Of a DNA stretch of 64,000 bases, positions 63,822 to 64,000 are shown piece by piece. The DNA comes from Flavobacteriales bacterium (GTDB lineage: Bacteria > Bacteroidota > Bacteroidia > Flavobacteriales > Schleiferiaceae). The stretch spans positions 2,430 to 66,429 of the forward strand of contig NSIH01000002.1 in the NCBI GenBank assembly GCA_002737315.1, in the 5' to 3' direction. The translations under genes and the position numbers were made by a program. The notes under the pieces are model-generated. The model did not search any database. It had not been told where the DNA came from and saw only the letters and a program-made list of their open reading frames with translations. Positions within the stretch are counted from its first letter, which is position 1. Each line of letters begins with the position of its first letter.

Positions 63822-64000
63822 GGCAGGCAATTCCACGACGACCTTCGTCTCGTAGAATTCCCCAGGCAGCCACTGACTCAATGAGTGAATTCGGTGGCGA
63901 ATGCCGCGAAGCTCTTCGCTAAGGTCGCCGCCCTTAAGTGCAAAAAGGGCGGTACTGGGTTTGGAAGACCAATTGCCCTTCATCCAACGCTTTAATTCTC
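63819..64000 (-). CDS. hypothetical protein, C-terminal 60 codons only (N-terminus beyond the right window edge)
   Basis: Not in the ORF track. My reverse-strand translation reads ...ELKRWMKGNWSSKPSTALFALKGGDLSEELRGIRHRIHSLSQWLPGEFYETKVVVELPA, then a TAA (63821-63819). Family not recognised. Confidence 0.4.
   Translation of the reverse strand, partial: ELKRWMKGNWSSKPSTALFALKGGDLSEELRGIRHRIHSLSQWLPGEFYETKVVVELPA

Overview
Gene-dense, GC-rich chromosomal segment with about 57 protein-coding genes, many joined by 4-nt ATGA/GTGA overlaps or spacers under 30 nt. It is almost certainly from a member of Bacteroidota. Evidence: gliding-motility ABC genes gldF/gldG, T9SS porQ, a cargo protein with a T9SS C-terminal sorting domain, a long-form purC, the birA-rsfS-ftsH-LUD-cdsA-psd gene order, and many TAnnTTTG -7 promoter boxes. 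Content is overwhelmingly housekeeping: lysC, fbp, mfd, recG, pheT, purL, purC, ddl, coaD, pyrE, ftsH, lon, serC, serA, dnaN, pruA and others. I found no rRNA, tRNA, CRISPR array, transposase, integrase, toxin-antitoxin pair or recognisable defence gene, so I cannot honestly name a novel multi-gene system here. The unusual signals are mostly non-coding or architectural. (1) A CTAG-rich element built from TAACTAG-like heptamers occurs three times. Each copy starts at a TAA stop codon, fills the whole spacer and places stops in five or six reading frames. (2) A -7 promoter box sits 3-5 nt upstream of the start codon of at least eight genes, which implies leaderless mRNAs. (3) Two divergent genes have start codons that overlap in CATG, and two divergent gene pairs have face-to-face -7 boxes. 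(4) gldF and gldG are fused in frame, inside a translationally coupled string with a DUF62 SAM-cleaving enzyme and an ABM monooxygenase. (5) A sigma-54 activator lacks a DNA-binding domain. (6) A ~33 % GC segment sits inside one membrane-protein gene. All calls come from reading the sequence and the ORF track. No database search was possible, and start codons are the least certain part.
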